Origin: Asterias rubens
Lineage: Eukaryota
Direction of reading: 5' to 3'
Length of the DNA stretch: 64,000 nt
Assembly: GCF_902459465.1 (NCBI RefSeq)
Contig: NC_047067.1
Coordinates: forward strand, 4,588,001-4,652,000
The translations under genes were made by a program, and so were the position numbers. The notes under the pieces are model-generated. The model saw nothing but the letters and a program-made list of their open reading frames with translations. It was not told the origin of the DNA and did no database searches. This document shows positions 50,401 to 63,045 of the stretch, in pieces. The first letter of the stretch is position 1; the number at the start of each line of letters is the position of its first letter.

Positions 50401-53400
50401 TATTTTAAAAACCAATCAATGAGCACTGGTGAAAGGTAGAACTCAAGTGTCGCACTCCAAACATGACGTGCTATGATATTCTATGCATGCAAATACTTGC
50501 AAGCAGGAAACTGCCAGCGATAGTAAACAAAAAATGACTCTTCCTGTGCCAAATTTATCTTTCCTAAAATATTGTTTAAGTGACAGAAAAAACCAGTTGA
50601 GCTCTCACTCAAACCCAATTTTGCACTCTAACTGCTTTCTTATGTTTGAATGGGCACTTGGTACCACTGTAATCTTCAGCTAAGTTCAGTTTGTCTCTGG
50701 TATGAGTACTTGGGTTTAACATAAATGTACTATTAACTTGCACCTGTCAATATTTCAATCTGGTTTAGTTTTGAAACTTTTAAAAGTTGTTATTGTTATT
50801 TTTACAAGCGTACAAACTGTACACTTTTTCAAAACCCCCTCGATCCCTCCCCCCTAACAGTGTTCAAAGATGTTGGGTTTTCTTTTCACACTATTCTGCA
50901 TAGAGATACTTGTATGTGAATTACATGTAAACCCTCTTTATTACAAGCTAAGCTGCTAAAAATAAATGTGTAACAATCTACACAATTTCCTATGTACAAG
51001 ACGCAGCTATTTATCTGACTTTCAAATGGTAAAAAACCTTTTCTATCGGTGCAAAAAGGGCAATGAAGCTTTGTTTTTATGGTTCGACACAGTTTCAGAA
51101 AAGTTTGCATTCACCCCCTCCCTTCTAACATACAGTTTGTACGATGGTGCAAATGATAATTGTGAAAAGCCCCTAATCTATTTGTCTTCACCAAGATTGT
51201 AGTTGTTTTGCACCAACTGTGTTCCTTTGATGTTTGTACAGTAACACTTATTTTTCGTTTCCCTTTTGTTGGTTCAAAACAAAGATGGTTATCAGCAAAT
51301 TAGAAATTGGTGTAAAAGATAATCCCTCGGTGGATGGATCCTCCTCAGTTAAAAGAAATATTTCTCATAGTTATTTAACTTGGTTCTTAAAGTGTGCTAA
51401 TCACAATCAGCTGATACAACCGATGCGAAGAACATAAACTCACGTCAAGAAAGAAAGAGAAATTTTGGGCTTGAACAAAGAGTTGACTAGAGTGGGATTC
51501 TAACCAACGACCTCCGGATTAACGTGCCGGCGCTCTACCAACTGAGCTATCTAGCCCTATATTGGCGGTGTCCCTATTTTGTCAATATCTTTGTTCGGGG
51601 GAAAGAAGTGAGAAAACAAAACAAGTTGCATGTTTTTAACAAATAAACTGGATCATGCCAGGTGGCAATTGAATGTGATGGTCACTTCCCTTCCATCAAT
51701 GACATCCATGACGTTGTCTACATTATGTCCATATGTCAAAGCATTTCCAAAAGCATTGTCATTATCATTGCCACCTTCAATGCATTGTCATTGCTCTTAA
51801 TTCTCAATTCCATTGCCAATGTGATTGTCAAATGGCATTGTCCATACCATTATCAATATTTGTCATTGCATGAGGCATGGTAACCTTATAAGGGCCATGT
51901 CTTAACAGTCATAACCTGTTCAGGGAACCTATACTGGCAACCTGTTTAGGCACCTGTTCTTGCAACCTTTTCAGGCGACCATTTCAGGCGACCTGTTCAG
52001 GCAACCTGTTCAGGGGCCCTGTTCTGGAGAACTGTACTGGCGACCTGTTTTGGAGACCTGTTCAGGCAAACTATACTGGCGGTCTGGTCAGCGACCTGTT
52101 CAGGCAACTTGTTTTGGTCGTCTGTTCAGGCGACCTGTTTAGGCAATTGTTCAGCGACCTCGAGGTGACCTGTTCAGGCAATCTGTTCAGGCATCCTGCT
52201 AAGCGACCTGTTCAAGCTGCCTGTTCAGGCAACCTGTTCAGACAACCTATTCTTGCAGTCTGTTCAGGCGACTTTTTCAGGCAACCTCCAAGAAGAAAAC
52301 GTTGACCTATTCCTAGAACCCTAATTTTCTTGGGGGGTAGTGGAACGTTTTTAAGAAAAAGACAAATTTCCATTGCGCTGTCGAAATTGCCTGGAAGAAT
52401 AGTCTCTTGAAACATGGCCCATGTGTGTTTTTTTATTTGTCATGTTGTTGCTGTACGGTGGTGGTGGTGTGTCATTTTCACTCATAACATCCTGTATTGT
52501 GTTAGACATGGAAGTGGATGCACAAAACACTGATGCTAACCAAGAGAGTCCAACCGAAGACCAACAACCAAGTAAGATTACAACCCCAGAGTCATGCATG
52601 CTAACATTTTTGCAACAGAAAAACGCTAGCAATAGTACAAAAAACATAAATGTTGCTAGAATTACTCTTCCTATGTGAAATTCATTTTTCCTATTTAAAG
52701 TGTTGATGAGTGACAGCCAAAAACAATCAAGCTCTCACGTTGAAAACCCAATTTTGCACTGTTTTCTTATGTTTGAATATAAGATTACAATCCCAGAGAC
52801 ATGCATGCGAATTTGCTAACTTGCAGAAAATAAATAGCAACCTGATATAAACACTGATTTACATTTTTAAGTGAATATTTGTCAGTCATTGAGATCATTA
52901 AAATAGACCCTTCCCATGAAATTTGTAAATTACACAGAGCGTGTACACTAACTTTTCAGATGGCCAAATGAGGGAATATTGCTTTGTTTTATATTTTGCT
53001 AATGTCGGCATGACGCAGACATGACTGGGCGTCTGCTTAGTGCACACCTCTATGGCTTTTGCCAACCAATAGGGTCTGTATGCATGAGTGAATGTAAACA
53101 GCATATTTCATAGGAAGGGTCTAATAGCTCATGGAAAGAGCCCCGTTCTATGTTCTAGCCTCAAATTTTGTATCATTAGATATAATTCAAATCTCATCAG
53201 TAAACACCCCATTGCTAAACACCGTTGATGTTCTCAAACAAAATGCTATGGATGTATTTTCTTTGTTGTATCGAACATTCAGATTCCCTACTAGGAAAAT
53301 GTGATTGACCTAAAACTATACATATTAAGCGCAATGATTAAATGTTTTAACTAAACGGTTGTTTTCATTACACAGTGCCTTCTGCTGCAGGAGAGGAAGG

Positions 53401-56400
53401 GCAAGAAGCTGCTGAACAAGGTAAGGTTTCTTACTACCTACTTCAATTTCACAAAGATAGTCCTAACTTAGGACTAGTCCTAACTTAGGACTAGTCCTAA
53501 CTTAGGACTTGTCCTTAAAGAGTTATTAAAAGCGTAAGACTAGTCCTGAGTTAGCAATTCGTCCTAACTCGAGATAAGACAGTCTTAACTCTTTGTGAAC
53601 TCCACTACTGTGCATATTTGATTTACTCTAGCCCCGCACCTATGAGTTTATTCATCCATCGGTGTGGTTATTAAAGTAAAATAAAAGAATAAAATGCTCA
53701 CTGGGCTAAAAACTCCAAACGGGAAATTAGCTTTATTTATTTTTTATCAAGTATGACATTTCAGACAAAAATATTTCAAGGGATGTTTCCTACTATTATC
53801 ATCATAAGACCGTTTAAGTTTTAAGTTTTAGTTTTAAACTGTTCAGCGACCTCTTGAGGTGACCTGTTCAGGCAACCTACATGTATACTGGCAGAGCTGT
53901 CCAGGCAACTTTTTCAGAAAAACTCCAAGAAGAAAACGTTGACCTGTTCCTACAACCCTAATTTTCTTGGGGGGTAGTGGAACGTTTTAAGAAAGATGAC
54001 ATTTCAGACAGAAATATTTCATCATTTGACCGTTTCAGTTTTATGTAAATCTGTGATCTTAGACAAGTTTTGTTCTTACCAATTCTGTAATGTTCCTTTA
54101 AATTCCTTGCAGATGGTGAAGCACCAGCAGGAGGAGAATCAGATGCACCTGCAGCTGCAGCTGAAGGTGATGCCGCAGAACCACAAGCTGAAGCCGGTGA
54201 GGAAGCAGCACCAGCAGAAGCACAAACAGCTGAGGGTAAGGAATAGTGGTTTCCACCTTCTGCTTCATTTTAAGGGAGTTAATATTTGCTACCTGTCAGA
54301 CGTCTCTCAGGATTCGCACATCATAGCTGTTGGTTGTTTTGTTAACCGAAGCCTGTTTTTAGCCAAACAATTTCTAAAGCCCGGTTCATACTTCCTGGGT
54401 ATGCGAGGAAAATTTTTACCTCACAGGGCTGTTTTTATTGCGAATGTTTCGCAGGAGTTGAACACAGCTCAGCTGTTGCAAATATGTGACGTCAAAATTT
54501 ACGTCGCATTCTCATTCGCAGGAAGTATGGACCAGGCTTTATTGTTTGTAGCCAATGTACAACACTATAATCTTTTTAGAGGTAAAGGATTGGGTGCTGT
54601 CAGTGTTCACAGTAAAAAAAAAAAAACAGTTGTCTTCCTTAAAATGTTTGTAGGACTTAACAGCACCAGAAAATTAAATTTGATTGCTTTGATTCTTACC
54701 ATTTTAGTGTATGTATAAAAGGTGGTGAACGTCATAATTTTGTTCTCTATCAGTAAGTAATAAACTTTTGTTTACAGAATCACAGCAAGAAAGCCAGGAA
54801 CCTGAGGGTGGGAACACAGTAGTGGCAGAAGGGAAGGAAGAGGAGGGAGGGGATGGGGATGGGGAGGTTGAGAAGGGGGAGGGGGAAGTTGTAGAAGAAG
54901 CCCCAGGGGTTGAAGAGGGCGGCAATGATGAACCGATCGAAGAAAAGCAAACAGCTGATGAAACATCGACGAATCAGGAGCAAGGAGAGGAAGGTATCTA
55001 CAGACGCCAATGTGGCAGCCACCTTGTTTTCTTGCATGCATACTTAGGTTGTGTTCGAATTGGCGGTTACAGCTACGGCTACATGTATGGCTAGATTTCT
55101 GCGTCATCATGCATTGAGGTATAGCACGTCCTTAGCAACAAACACCCTTGGCATCAGCTGTAGCCGTAGCTGTAGACGCCATTCGGATATGGCCTTATTC
55201 TATGAGGTCCTCAAAACAATACTCATTTTGTGTTGAGGTATTGTCTGGTGCATAACATGCTAACCCACTTCTAGAATATGCATGCTCTAGAGGGAGTTTA
55301 ACACAAACTTTATTGTAGGTTTTTTTTAACACTTCTTTTTATCATACATTATTCTAACCATTGTTTTTCCATGTATAATAACCTTTTATATTTCTCAGCA
55401 GATCCATGTTGTTATTATTTTTTAAACTAACACATGTACTAACTTGTTTACTTTCGCTTATAAGTTCGCTGGTGATTTAGAACAGGACCTCATCAGGTTT
55501 CTTCTCTTCGCATGTTCACATAGTTAAAGACACTGGACACCTTTGGTAATTGTCAAAGACATGTGTATCCCGACATATACAAAAAATAACAAACCTGTGA
55601 AAATTTGAACTCAATTGGTCATCGAAGTTGCAAGATAACAATGAAAGAAAAAATATCTCTGTCACACAAAGTTGTGTGCTTTCAGATGCTTGATTTCGGG
55701 ACCTCAAAATCTAATTCTGAGGTCTTAATATCAAATTCAAATATTTTAGTGGACAATTACTTCATTCTCGAAAACTACATTACTTCAGTGGGAGCCGTTT
55801 CTCACAATGTTTTACACTCAACAGCTCTCCATTGCTTGTTACCTAGTAAGGTTTTATGCTAACAATTTTTTTAAGTAATTACCAAAAGTGTCCAGAGCCT
55901 TAACCCAGTTCATTCAAGTCAAATTTAGATTTCCATACTTCTATGAAAATTATGTAAAGCAAAAAGGAGTTCAGCAAAGCTAACATCAAGTAGCAGTAAG
56001 CAGGATGAATGTAATAGAGTAGTGGGCTGTTATGATAAGCAGGAACTAAAAAAAAAAAAAAAACAGTTAGACATACAAACGAACAAACAAACAAAATAAA
56101 CAAACAAACGTTTATTTTCCACCAATTCTTTGGTAAAACAACTATGCTTTTGCAACATAGATTTAGTCTTTGAAAACCTTTTTTGCTAACCAATTTTGTA
56201 AAAATTAAATAAAAAACCATTATAAATAAATTCTACAGTCAGTAGAGCAGTCACCGATGGGTCTATTGGATATTATGAAAGGTGAAGCAAAACTTTGTTC
56301 ACTGATAATAATTTTGTGAAAGCATTTCAAAATTAACAAAACGCATGTAGCATTTAATCCACTCTATTTCTCCTGTAAATCCATACTATTTCTACTTTGT

Positions 56401-59400
56401 CAAATCGTCATTTCGAAATGCATGCTGGTAAAAATACATTTACCTACTAACATAGAAAGCATTAACTAAGAGAGGTTTGCGGTATTTAAGCGTTGAGTCT
56501 TTAACCACCGGTTCATTTCAGAACCACCACTACCCAGAAGAGATATTCACAAGGCGTTTCCGCAAACCTCTCTCAGTTATACTTCCATCATGCTAAATTT
56601 CAAACCCTACTTAGAAAGCGTATCATAATAACACTCCGGATTATAACCGACAGTGCATTACTCAACCTGTAGCATGTGCTACACACTGTTTATCAGATTT
56701 ATTAGTGCATGTTTGACTTCTATCTTTAGTAGAAACCACAGAGCTGAACCAAAAACCTTTTGGAAAAATAAAATAAGCTGTTGCAAACAACTTACGAACT
56801 AAATTGTGGTACCGTTCGTCCTTTTGTGAAAGGACCAAGCGTATAAATGCAAAAAAAAAGTTGATGGCCGCATGTTTCAACCCTAGCAGAGTCTTTCTCA
56901 AAGGTCAAACAAAATACTTTTATTTAAAATAAATAAAAAAATTACGAATTTTTTTTTTTTCGTAAGACTTTAAGTTATGAATGGAGAGTTAGTACATGTA
57001 GCTATGTAACTTGTAGATTAGTAAACCCTAAAAAGTGTGTAATGCACTGGTTGGAGAAAATGACTATGCAGCTTGAATGCTATTGAAGAATCTTTAACAC
57101 AACTAGGCTGGGGCCAGTGGTCAGTGGATAATGCTAACCTTGAGGTGCAATAAATGAGCATATTATTAACATGAGAATCTCTTTGAAAAACAGCCGAACA
57201 ATCCTCAGAAATTCAGGAGCAATCAGCTGAAGATGTCGATCAAACAGCGGTAACAGAACCCCCAACAGAACCCCCAACAGAACCCACAACAGATGATGGT
57301 GGGGAACCTCAGGCACAGGAGGGTACGTTAGGGTGGGGAAATATTGTCAGCTACATGTACATATAATAATAATAATAGAAGAAGAAGAACGTGCCAGTAT
57401 CTGTCAAGTCTTGACACTAATGGCACTGAACAAAATCCAAACAAGAAAACAATCTTGCAACATTTCAAAATAGCATATATACAACTATCAAGACAAAAAC
57501 AGTATCAGAAATTATGTCAAACTACTTTTCTCGAAGAGATGGGGTTTGATTGCAGTGAACAACTATGACAACTTATAACATCAAGATTAAATGCGTGTTT
57601 TTAAATCGACCTTGTTCAATATTATTAATAATAACAACTTCACAAGCTTGTGCTTTAATTGTGTTGTTCAATTTTAAAACAAATTATTACCTTTTTTTAA
57701 AACGCATGTTTTGAACTGCTAAAAAACAATTAGTACGATTTGCTTTATAATAGCTTAATAGCTTAAGCTGTGACTAGTTTTGACTGTTTTGTGAGGGAAT
57801 AATTCTGTGTCAAGGAATCGGTTTTGTGAACAACAACAAAGTTTTTCAGAGCATCATTTGACACTTGGAGTAAATGGACTATGAACGAAAATCACACCAA
57901 CTTTGAAAAAATAAATTCACATGCAACCTTGTTACAAATCCATCCAAGTTGTTACAAATTTTAGAAATATTTACACCATTTTTTTTCTTTTCCATATCAT
58001 TTAAAAATCAAACCCACAGAAATCCAAGTACACAATCTGTTTAAACCAAAAATCCACATCTTTAAATGAACTGATGAAACTTGTTATTAAAATGTTGTCA
58101 ACTTTTCTCCCCCATGAATTAGCAGAGGTGTCTGAAGAGCCTGCACAGAAGGAGGAACAGCAGGAGGATGAACAGCCTGTAGCTGAACAGACGGATGGTG
58201 AGACATCACTAGATGGCTCTTGAAATCACCACGCTCACACCTTTCTAATTCTGGCTCCTAACTTTTAACCACTGATAGGAAAGTACAACATAGGTTTAAA
58301 ATGATTTGAAAGACACAATTTGGTCATTTCTGTATCACTCAGAAAATAATGACTGTTATAAAATTTTGGCTAGACTTTAAAACCTACAAAGTTTCATTTG
58401 TATAACCATAAAACAGAAAATAATCTTTGGTCATTCTTTTGAAGTGAAATGATGGTGCATATCCAAGAACCAATGTTTTACTTTCTTACCTTTTATATTT
58501 GTATACTTGCTTAACTATCATCATTTAATAATTATTATATTAATATACTGATAAAAACTTAACTTATTTATGACCTTCCATTTGCTAATGAATTGAATAG
58601 CTTATAATCTATCGATCTATCATTTTAATTGCATACCTCTAAATGCACAGTCATCACGGAGTGCAATGCCAGAGGAAACCTACAGAAAATATTGTGAAAA
58701 TATACTCCTGGTACTCCTGTCACATCTCATGTAACATGACCCTAACACTTAAAAATCCTCAAATCTCATGTGACGTGGCCCGGACATTTCTGTCACAACA
58801 TGTGACATGACCCTAACACGCCCAACATCTCATGTGACATGGCCCGGTGGACACTCCTGTCATATTATATGATGTTATGATATTATGTGACATGGCCATG
58901 ACATTCTTAACATCTCACATGATGTGACTGTAACTCCTGTCACATTTTGTGACATGGCTGGAGCCCTCCTGTCACCTCTTGTTTCTCAATCATCTTTTTC
59001 TGCAGCTATTATTTTCTTACATGATGCAGAATTGCTCCGATTAAAAACTTCTTTAAATTTTCTTTTGATCATACCTAACTATATTCCATCCATCGGTAAA
59101 GGGTTAATTTTCTCATTAATTTCATAAACATTTTACTGCAGCTATATTAATGTCAACATTTATTGTCATCTGTGGTCTTATTACAGGATAACATTGCGTG
59201 CATTCTAATCATTATTCACTTTTTACAATTATTCATTTTGTTGAGCAATTCGGTAAAGGGTTAATTTTCTCATTAATTCCATACATTTTACTATACCTAT
59301 ATTATCAACATTTGTTGTAATCTGTCTTCTTATTGCAGGATAACATTGCATGCATTCTAATAATATTAACTTTTAACAAAGATTCATTTTTGTGGAGCAG

Positions 59401-62400
59401 TTCGGTAAAGGTTTGCTTAAATTATGTGCATTATTCATTTATATATTTTTTATTGAAGAAAGGAAATTGTCATTGAGGATACATCTCTATTATTGTTTAT
59501 CTCCAACAACCAATATACCCCTTCCCATAACTTTTTTTCTGTTTACATTTTCTTGTTGCCCTTTTCCTTGTGCAACCCTCACAATAACTCTTTGAAAAAA
59601 TATTCATTCTGTATTCAAAATCTCTTCCTTCCCATCTTAATGTTGCTTCACTATCTTCATCCTAGATCAAGAACAAAAAAACCCAGCTAGAAACTTTTTC
59701 ATAGTGATTGTTAAAATAAGTTTTTGTGTAAGTACACAGACAGGGCCCAATTTCATGGCTCTGCTTACTGCAGAATTCTGACCTTGCGTTCACTATAGGG
59801 CAAGCATCAAATTTCTGCACTAGCTGTGTAAGCTTAGAATGCCTAGTATAGTGGAGTACCGATGCCCATAAATCCAAAATTCCCCGCTAACCCATGAACA
59901 ACGATTGACGTAATAAGCGAAGAATTCCTCAGTGCCGATTCTTTGCGTATGGTAAAGCAGAGCCATGAAATTGGGCCACCAGTGTAGCATACTAAACATC
60001 TGACATTGGACTAGCTTGATACACACTAGTTCAGGGTACTTGTTCTAAGGAAACTGTTTTCTGTTAAACCACGTTGATCACTGTCATCAATGTCTTCAAT
60101 CCTAGGTGAGGCAGCCCCTGATGGAGGTGAAGCTACTGAACAGGCTGCGGATGAACCAGCAACAGAACCAGCTGCAGAACCAGCTGCAGAACCGGCTGCA
60201 GAACCGGCAACAGAACCAGCCGCAGAAGAAACACCAGCAGAACCAGCCGCAGAACCAGCTGCAGAAGAGACGCCAGCTGCAGAAGAGACGCCAGCTGCAG
60301 AAGAGAAGCCAGCGGCAGAAGAACAACCGGCTGCTGCCGAGGACAAAGTGGCTGATGAACCCGCTGCGGAAGGTCAGTTTAAACAGCCAATAAAGGATGA
60401 TCTCAAACATATAGATATTACAGTTTTCTAATAGCTGGAGTCCATAGGAAACATACAAAAAATATAACGAGTCTCTTACCTCATGTAAAAACATGGTAAA
60501 AATGGTTTTTCTCCAGAGTGCTACAAGCCAAATTTCTGAAAAACGCGGGGTCAAACAAACCCGCGCGACAAAGGAATTGTGACATCAATGGCGGCTATTT
60601 GATGTGGAAAATAGCGCCCTCAGTTTGCCAAAGCTGGAGAAGTGTGTTCAAATTCAATTAGGGGAATACCGTCACTGGCGTCAAGGGGTCATTATAATAG
60701 ATAAGTCGTTTTTGACTCGCGGCTGAAAAAGCCGCGCGGCTGGGTGCATTTTTGACTCGAGTTATTTATGACTAAATGCAAATTTTGAGTGTACAATGGT
60801 TATTAACCGGTATCTACGATGTCTATTTGGCCATAAAAAGGTAATAGTTGACATATTGAGATCATCCTTTATTGGCTCTTTAAATAATGTAATATATCTC
60901 AACCTAAACTGAAACCCACTCTAAAATTAAACACACTGGGTGTGGGTTTCAGTTTAGGTTTAGTCCCAGCTCAGAGTCAGTTCAAATAATGTTATATATC
61001 TAAACCTAGCTGAAACCCACTCTAAGCTGAAACCCACTGGGTGGGGGTTTCAGTTTAGGTATAGTGACAGCTCTAGCCTACACGCTTCACTGAGATAAAT
61101 CCTGGGGTGGATTTCACAAAGATAGTCCTAACTTAGGACTAGTCCTAGGCAATGCTAAGAGATAGGACCAGTCCTAAGTTAGGATGAGTTACTGGTCCTA
61201 ACTTAGGACCAGTCCTATCTCTTAGCATTGCTTAGGACTAGTCCTAAGTTAGGACTACCTTTGTGAAATTGACCCCTGCTCCTGTTAGCTGCCTTTGCCC
61301 ATCATCCAACCTACCCTGACTACCAGTTAAAGGGAAGGTACACTATCGGTAATTGTCAAAGACCAGTGTTCTCACTTGGTGTATCTCAACATATGCATAA
61401 AATAACAGACCTGTGAAAGTTTGAGCTCAACTGGTCATCAGAGTTACTAGAAAATAATGAAAGAAAAAAAACACCCTTGTCACACGAAGTTGTGTGCTTT
61501 CAGATGCTTGATTTCGAGACCTCAAATTCTAAACTTGAGGTCTCGAAATTCGTGGAAAATCACTTCTTTCTCGAAAACTACATTACTTCAGAGGGAGCCG
61601 TTTCTCACAATGTTTTATACTATCAACCTCTCCCTATTACTTGTTACCAAGTAACGTTTTATGGTAATAATTATTTTGAGTAATTACCAATAGTGTACAC
61701 TGCCTTTAATCTCCAAGGCAGTACTTAATCACTATCTAGCAGAGGAGTTCAGCTACATTGTAGAAGACGATCAGAGAGCATACTGATTGAAACGTTGAGC
61801 TGTCAACCACTGGGTTTTTTTTTTCAGACCGAACACTACTTAAAAGATATTTTGGTGCTACGGCAAACCTCACCGGCACTGTACACTATTAGAGAACTAC
61901 TCAAAATAATTGTTAGCACGAAAACTTACTTGGTAATGAGCAATGGAGAGCTGTTGATAGTATAAAATATTGTGAGAAACGGCTCTTTCTGAAGTAACAT
62001 AGTTTTTTAGAAAGCAGTAATTGCTCACTCAAATACTAAAAGATTTCAGGCTTGAAGACTTTTATTAGGCATCTGAGAGCACACAAACTTGTGCAACATG
62101 GGTGTTTTCTATGACCAATTGAACCATAAATTTCCACAGGTTCGTTATTTTTGAGAAAATTGGCCTTTGATAATTACCATAGGTGTCCAGCAGCCGATTT
62201 CACAAAACGCTAGGATTAGTCCTATTCTGAGTTTACCTAGCGAGTAACTCATCCTATTTTAAGATGGGTTCAATGCGTCCTAATGTTTATGGATACGGAA
62301 CTTAACTCGTCCTAAATCATAAGACTAATCCGGAGTTTGGTGGAAACGACTGAGTGCCTTTAAGTAATGTCGTGTTCCTTTAAACGTGTCAAGTTTGAAA

Positions 62401-62614
62401 CTAACTATTGTTTCCTCCGATCCAATTAGATGACAAGCCGAGTGAAGAGGCAGCACCTGAGGCAGAGAGTGCAATTCCAGAGGAGATGAAACAGGAACCA
62501 GCTGCCGAGGAGGGCGAGGGACAAAAAGAAGACGCGGCAGCAGAGGGAGCAGAGGAAAAGAAGGAAGATGCTCCGGCAGAATGTAAAGACCCTCCAAGAA
62601 TTTTTAGTTTTTAG
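38483..62614 (+). CDS. NME8: Thioredoxin domain-containing protein 3 / NME8 homologue (sea-urchin-type outer-arm dynein IC1): Trx + 3 NDK domains + acidic tail, ~960 aa
   Basis: Core exons, all GT-AG and phase-consistent: 38483-38573, 39111-39214 (WCGPC), 39819-40007, 40735-40831, 42771-42853, 43144-43236, 43793-43947, 44462-44536 (NALHGAD), 45482-45600, 46442-46586, 47332-47439, 48581-48732 (NCVHGSD), 49505-49649, 50105-50343 (NAIHGSS). Tail exons: 52506-52571, 53376-53420, 54113-54235, 54778-54993, 57194-57322, 58123/58126-58197, 60106-60372, 62430-62582 (or read-through to TAG at 62614). NME8 versus NME9 orthology cannot be settled here; the 3-NDK architecture favours NME8. Confidence 0.92.
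42870..42980. repeat. 21-bp perfect tandem repeat x5.3
   Basis: (TTTAAGCCTGGTTAAAGTTCC)n starting 16 nt after the donor at 42854. Confidence 0.95.
43970..44269 (+). mobile_element. TTAA MITE family copy (internal deletion)
   Basis: aaggcagtgtacactattggtaattactc ... gtgtccagtgtctttaa. Confidence 0.8.
46673..47040 (+). mobile_element. TTAA MITE family copy (diverged)
   Basis: taaaggcacgagacacttttggtaattactc ... ggacaattaccaaaggtcacaatgctttt. Confidence 0.75.
48405..48551. mobile_element. Harbinger-like foldback MITE with CTG TSD
   Basis: ctg-GGGTGGATTTCAC ... GTGAAATCTACCC-ctg. Confidence 0.8.
49233..49417. mobile_element. Tourist/Harbinger-like MITE (AGCCCGGTTCATACTTCCTG family)
   Basis: TIR-like ends with TAA on the right; a second copy at 54378-54538 is flanked by TAA/TTA. 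Confidence 0.65.
49667..50020 (+). mobile_element. TTAA MITE family copy
   Basis: ttaaaggcactggacac ... gtatccattgcctttaa. Confidence 0.8.
51484..51556 (-). pseudogene. tRNA-like 73-nt element (Asn-like GTT anticodon), probably a SINE head or tRNA pseudogene
   Basis: Minus strand GGCTAGATAGCTCAGTTGGTAGAGCGCCGGCACGTTAATCCGGAGGTCGTTGGTTAGAATCCCACTCTAGTCA. Acceptor and D stems pair, but the T loop is TTAGAAT, the T stem is mismatched and the anticodon loop lacks U33. Confidence 0.65.
51915..52275. repeat. Degenerate ~13-bp tandem repeat (GGC[AG]ACCTGTTCA)
   Basis: More than 20 variants of gcgacctgttcag/ggcaacctgttca; a shorter patch is at ~53840-53905. Confidence 0.8.
53445..53605. mobile_element. 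Harbinger-like foldback MITE (TAGGACTAGTCCTA family), degenerate
   Basis: atttcacaaagatagtcctaacttaggactagtcc ... ctttgtgaac. Confidence 0.65.
54378..54538. mobile_element. Tourist/Harbinger-like MITE
   Basis: taa-AGCCCGGTTCATACTTCCTG ... CAGGAAGTATGGACCAGGCT-tta. Confidence 0.7.
55524..55903 (-). mobile_element. TTAA MITE family copy
   Basis: ttaaagacactggacac ... gtgtccagagccttaa. Confidence 0.82.
59095..59412. repeat. ~155-bp tandem duplication (2 units plus start of a third)
   Basis: GGTAAAGG at 59095, 59252 and 59404, with a matching interior in the first two units. Confidence 0.8.
59744..59977. mobile_element. GGCCCAATTTCAT-type foldback MITE (Harbinger-like)
   Basis: GGCCCAATTTCATGGCTCTGCTT ... 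AAGCAGAGCCATGAAATTGGGCC; related fragments near 28568, 40380-40442 and 41177. Confidence 0.75.
60379..60883. mobile_element. TTAA-flanked ~500-bp TIR element
   Basis: ttaaACAGCCAATAAAGGATGATCTCAA ... TTGAGATCATCCTTTATTGGCTCTttaa; begins 6 nt into the intron after exon 60106-60372. Confidence 0.75.
61105..61275. mobile_element. Harbinger-like near-perfect foldback MITE with CTG TSD
   Basis: ctg-GGGTGGATTTCACAAAG ... CTTTGTGAAATTGACCC-ctg; almost fully self-complementary. Confidence 0.85.
61327..61709 (-). mobile_element. TTAA MITE family copy
   Basis: ttaaagggaaggtacac ... gtgtacactgcctttaa. Confidence 0.85.
61876..62363 (+). mobile_element. TTAA MITE copy with a nested Harbinger-like MITE (62191-62352) in its right end
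   Basis: Family sequence runs to ...ggtgtccag, then cagccgatttcacaaaac...gtggaaacgactg, then resumes agtgcctttaa. Confidence 0.7.
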
Positions 62615-63045
62615 AATGTGTCACCCCTCTGTAAAAAATGGTATTGGCCAAAGACACCAGAGTGCCACATGTTGAGTGTGTCTGTTCACTTTCATAAATG
62701 TTGGCAAGGTGATAAGACTCAATCCGGCTCCATTCTTTTGACTTTGCCCAATACAGTTTGTAGGCCTACTGACCTTTCTTTCTTCCAATTTAGGTTCAAG
62801 TTTTATATCTCCATTGTTCACATGAAGTATAGATGACTTGAATTGACTTATTTGGGAAGAGTATTTTATTTTTTGAAGTTATCACCATAGAGTAAAAGTA
62901 ATCACTTTAGGTCATGACATGATCTTGCTCATTTTCCTTTTGACACTGATATTTTCTGTTATTGTTTGTTGTGAAACTATATTCTGAAAGGATATTCTGA
63001 TGTTAAGTTTAGATGATTTGGTTTTGGATTAATTATAGATATTCC

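Noticed and set aside
51484-51556. Functional tRNA-Asn gene
   Set aside because: T loop TTAGAAT, mismatched T and anticodon stems, no U33 and no clean terminator; treated as a SINE head or pseudogene.
60026-60554. Overlapping antisense and alternative-frame ORFs over the EPAA exon
   Set aside because: Explained by the stop-poor 12/18-nt coding repeats of the NME8 exon.
7347-61683. Recurrent similar ORFs (7347, 14218, 30168, 55516, 55605, 61457, 61477; 'CAFRCLISR...')
   Set aside because: All fall inside copies of the same non-coding MITE, which explains their similarity.
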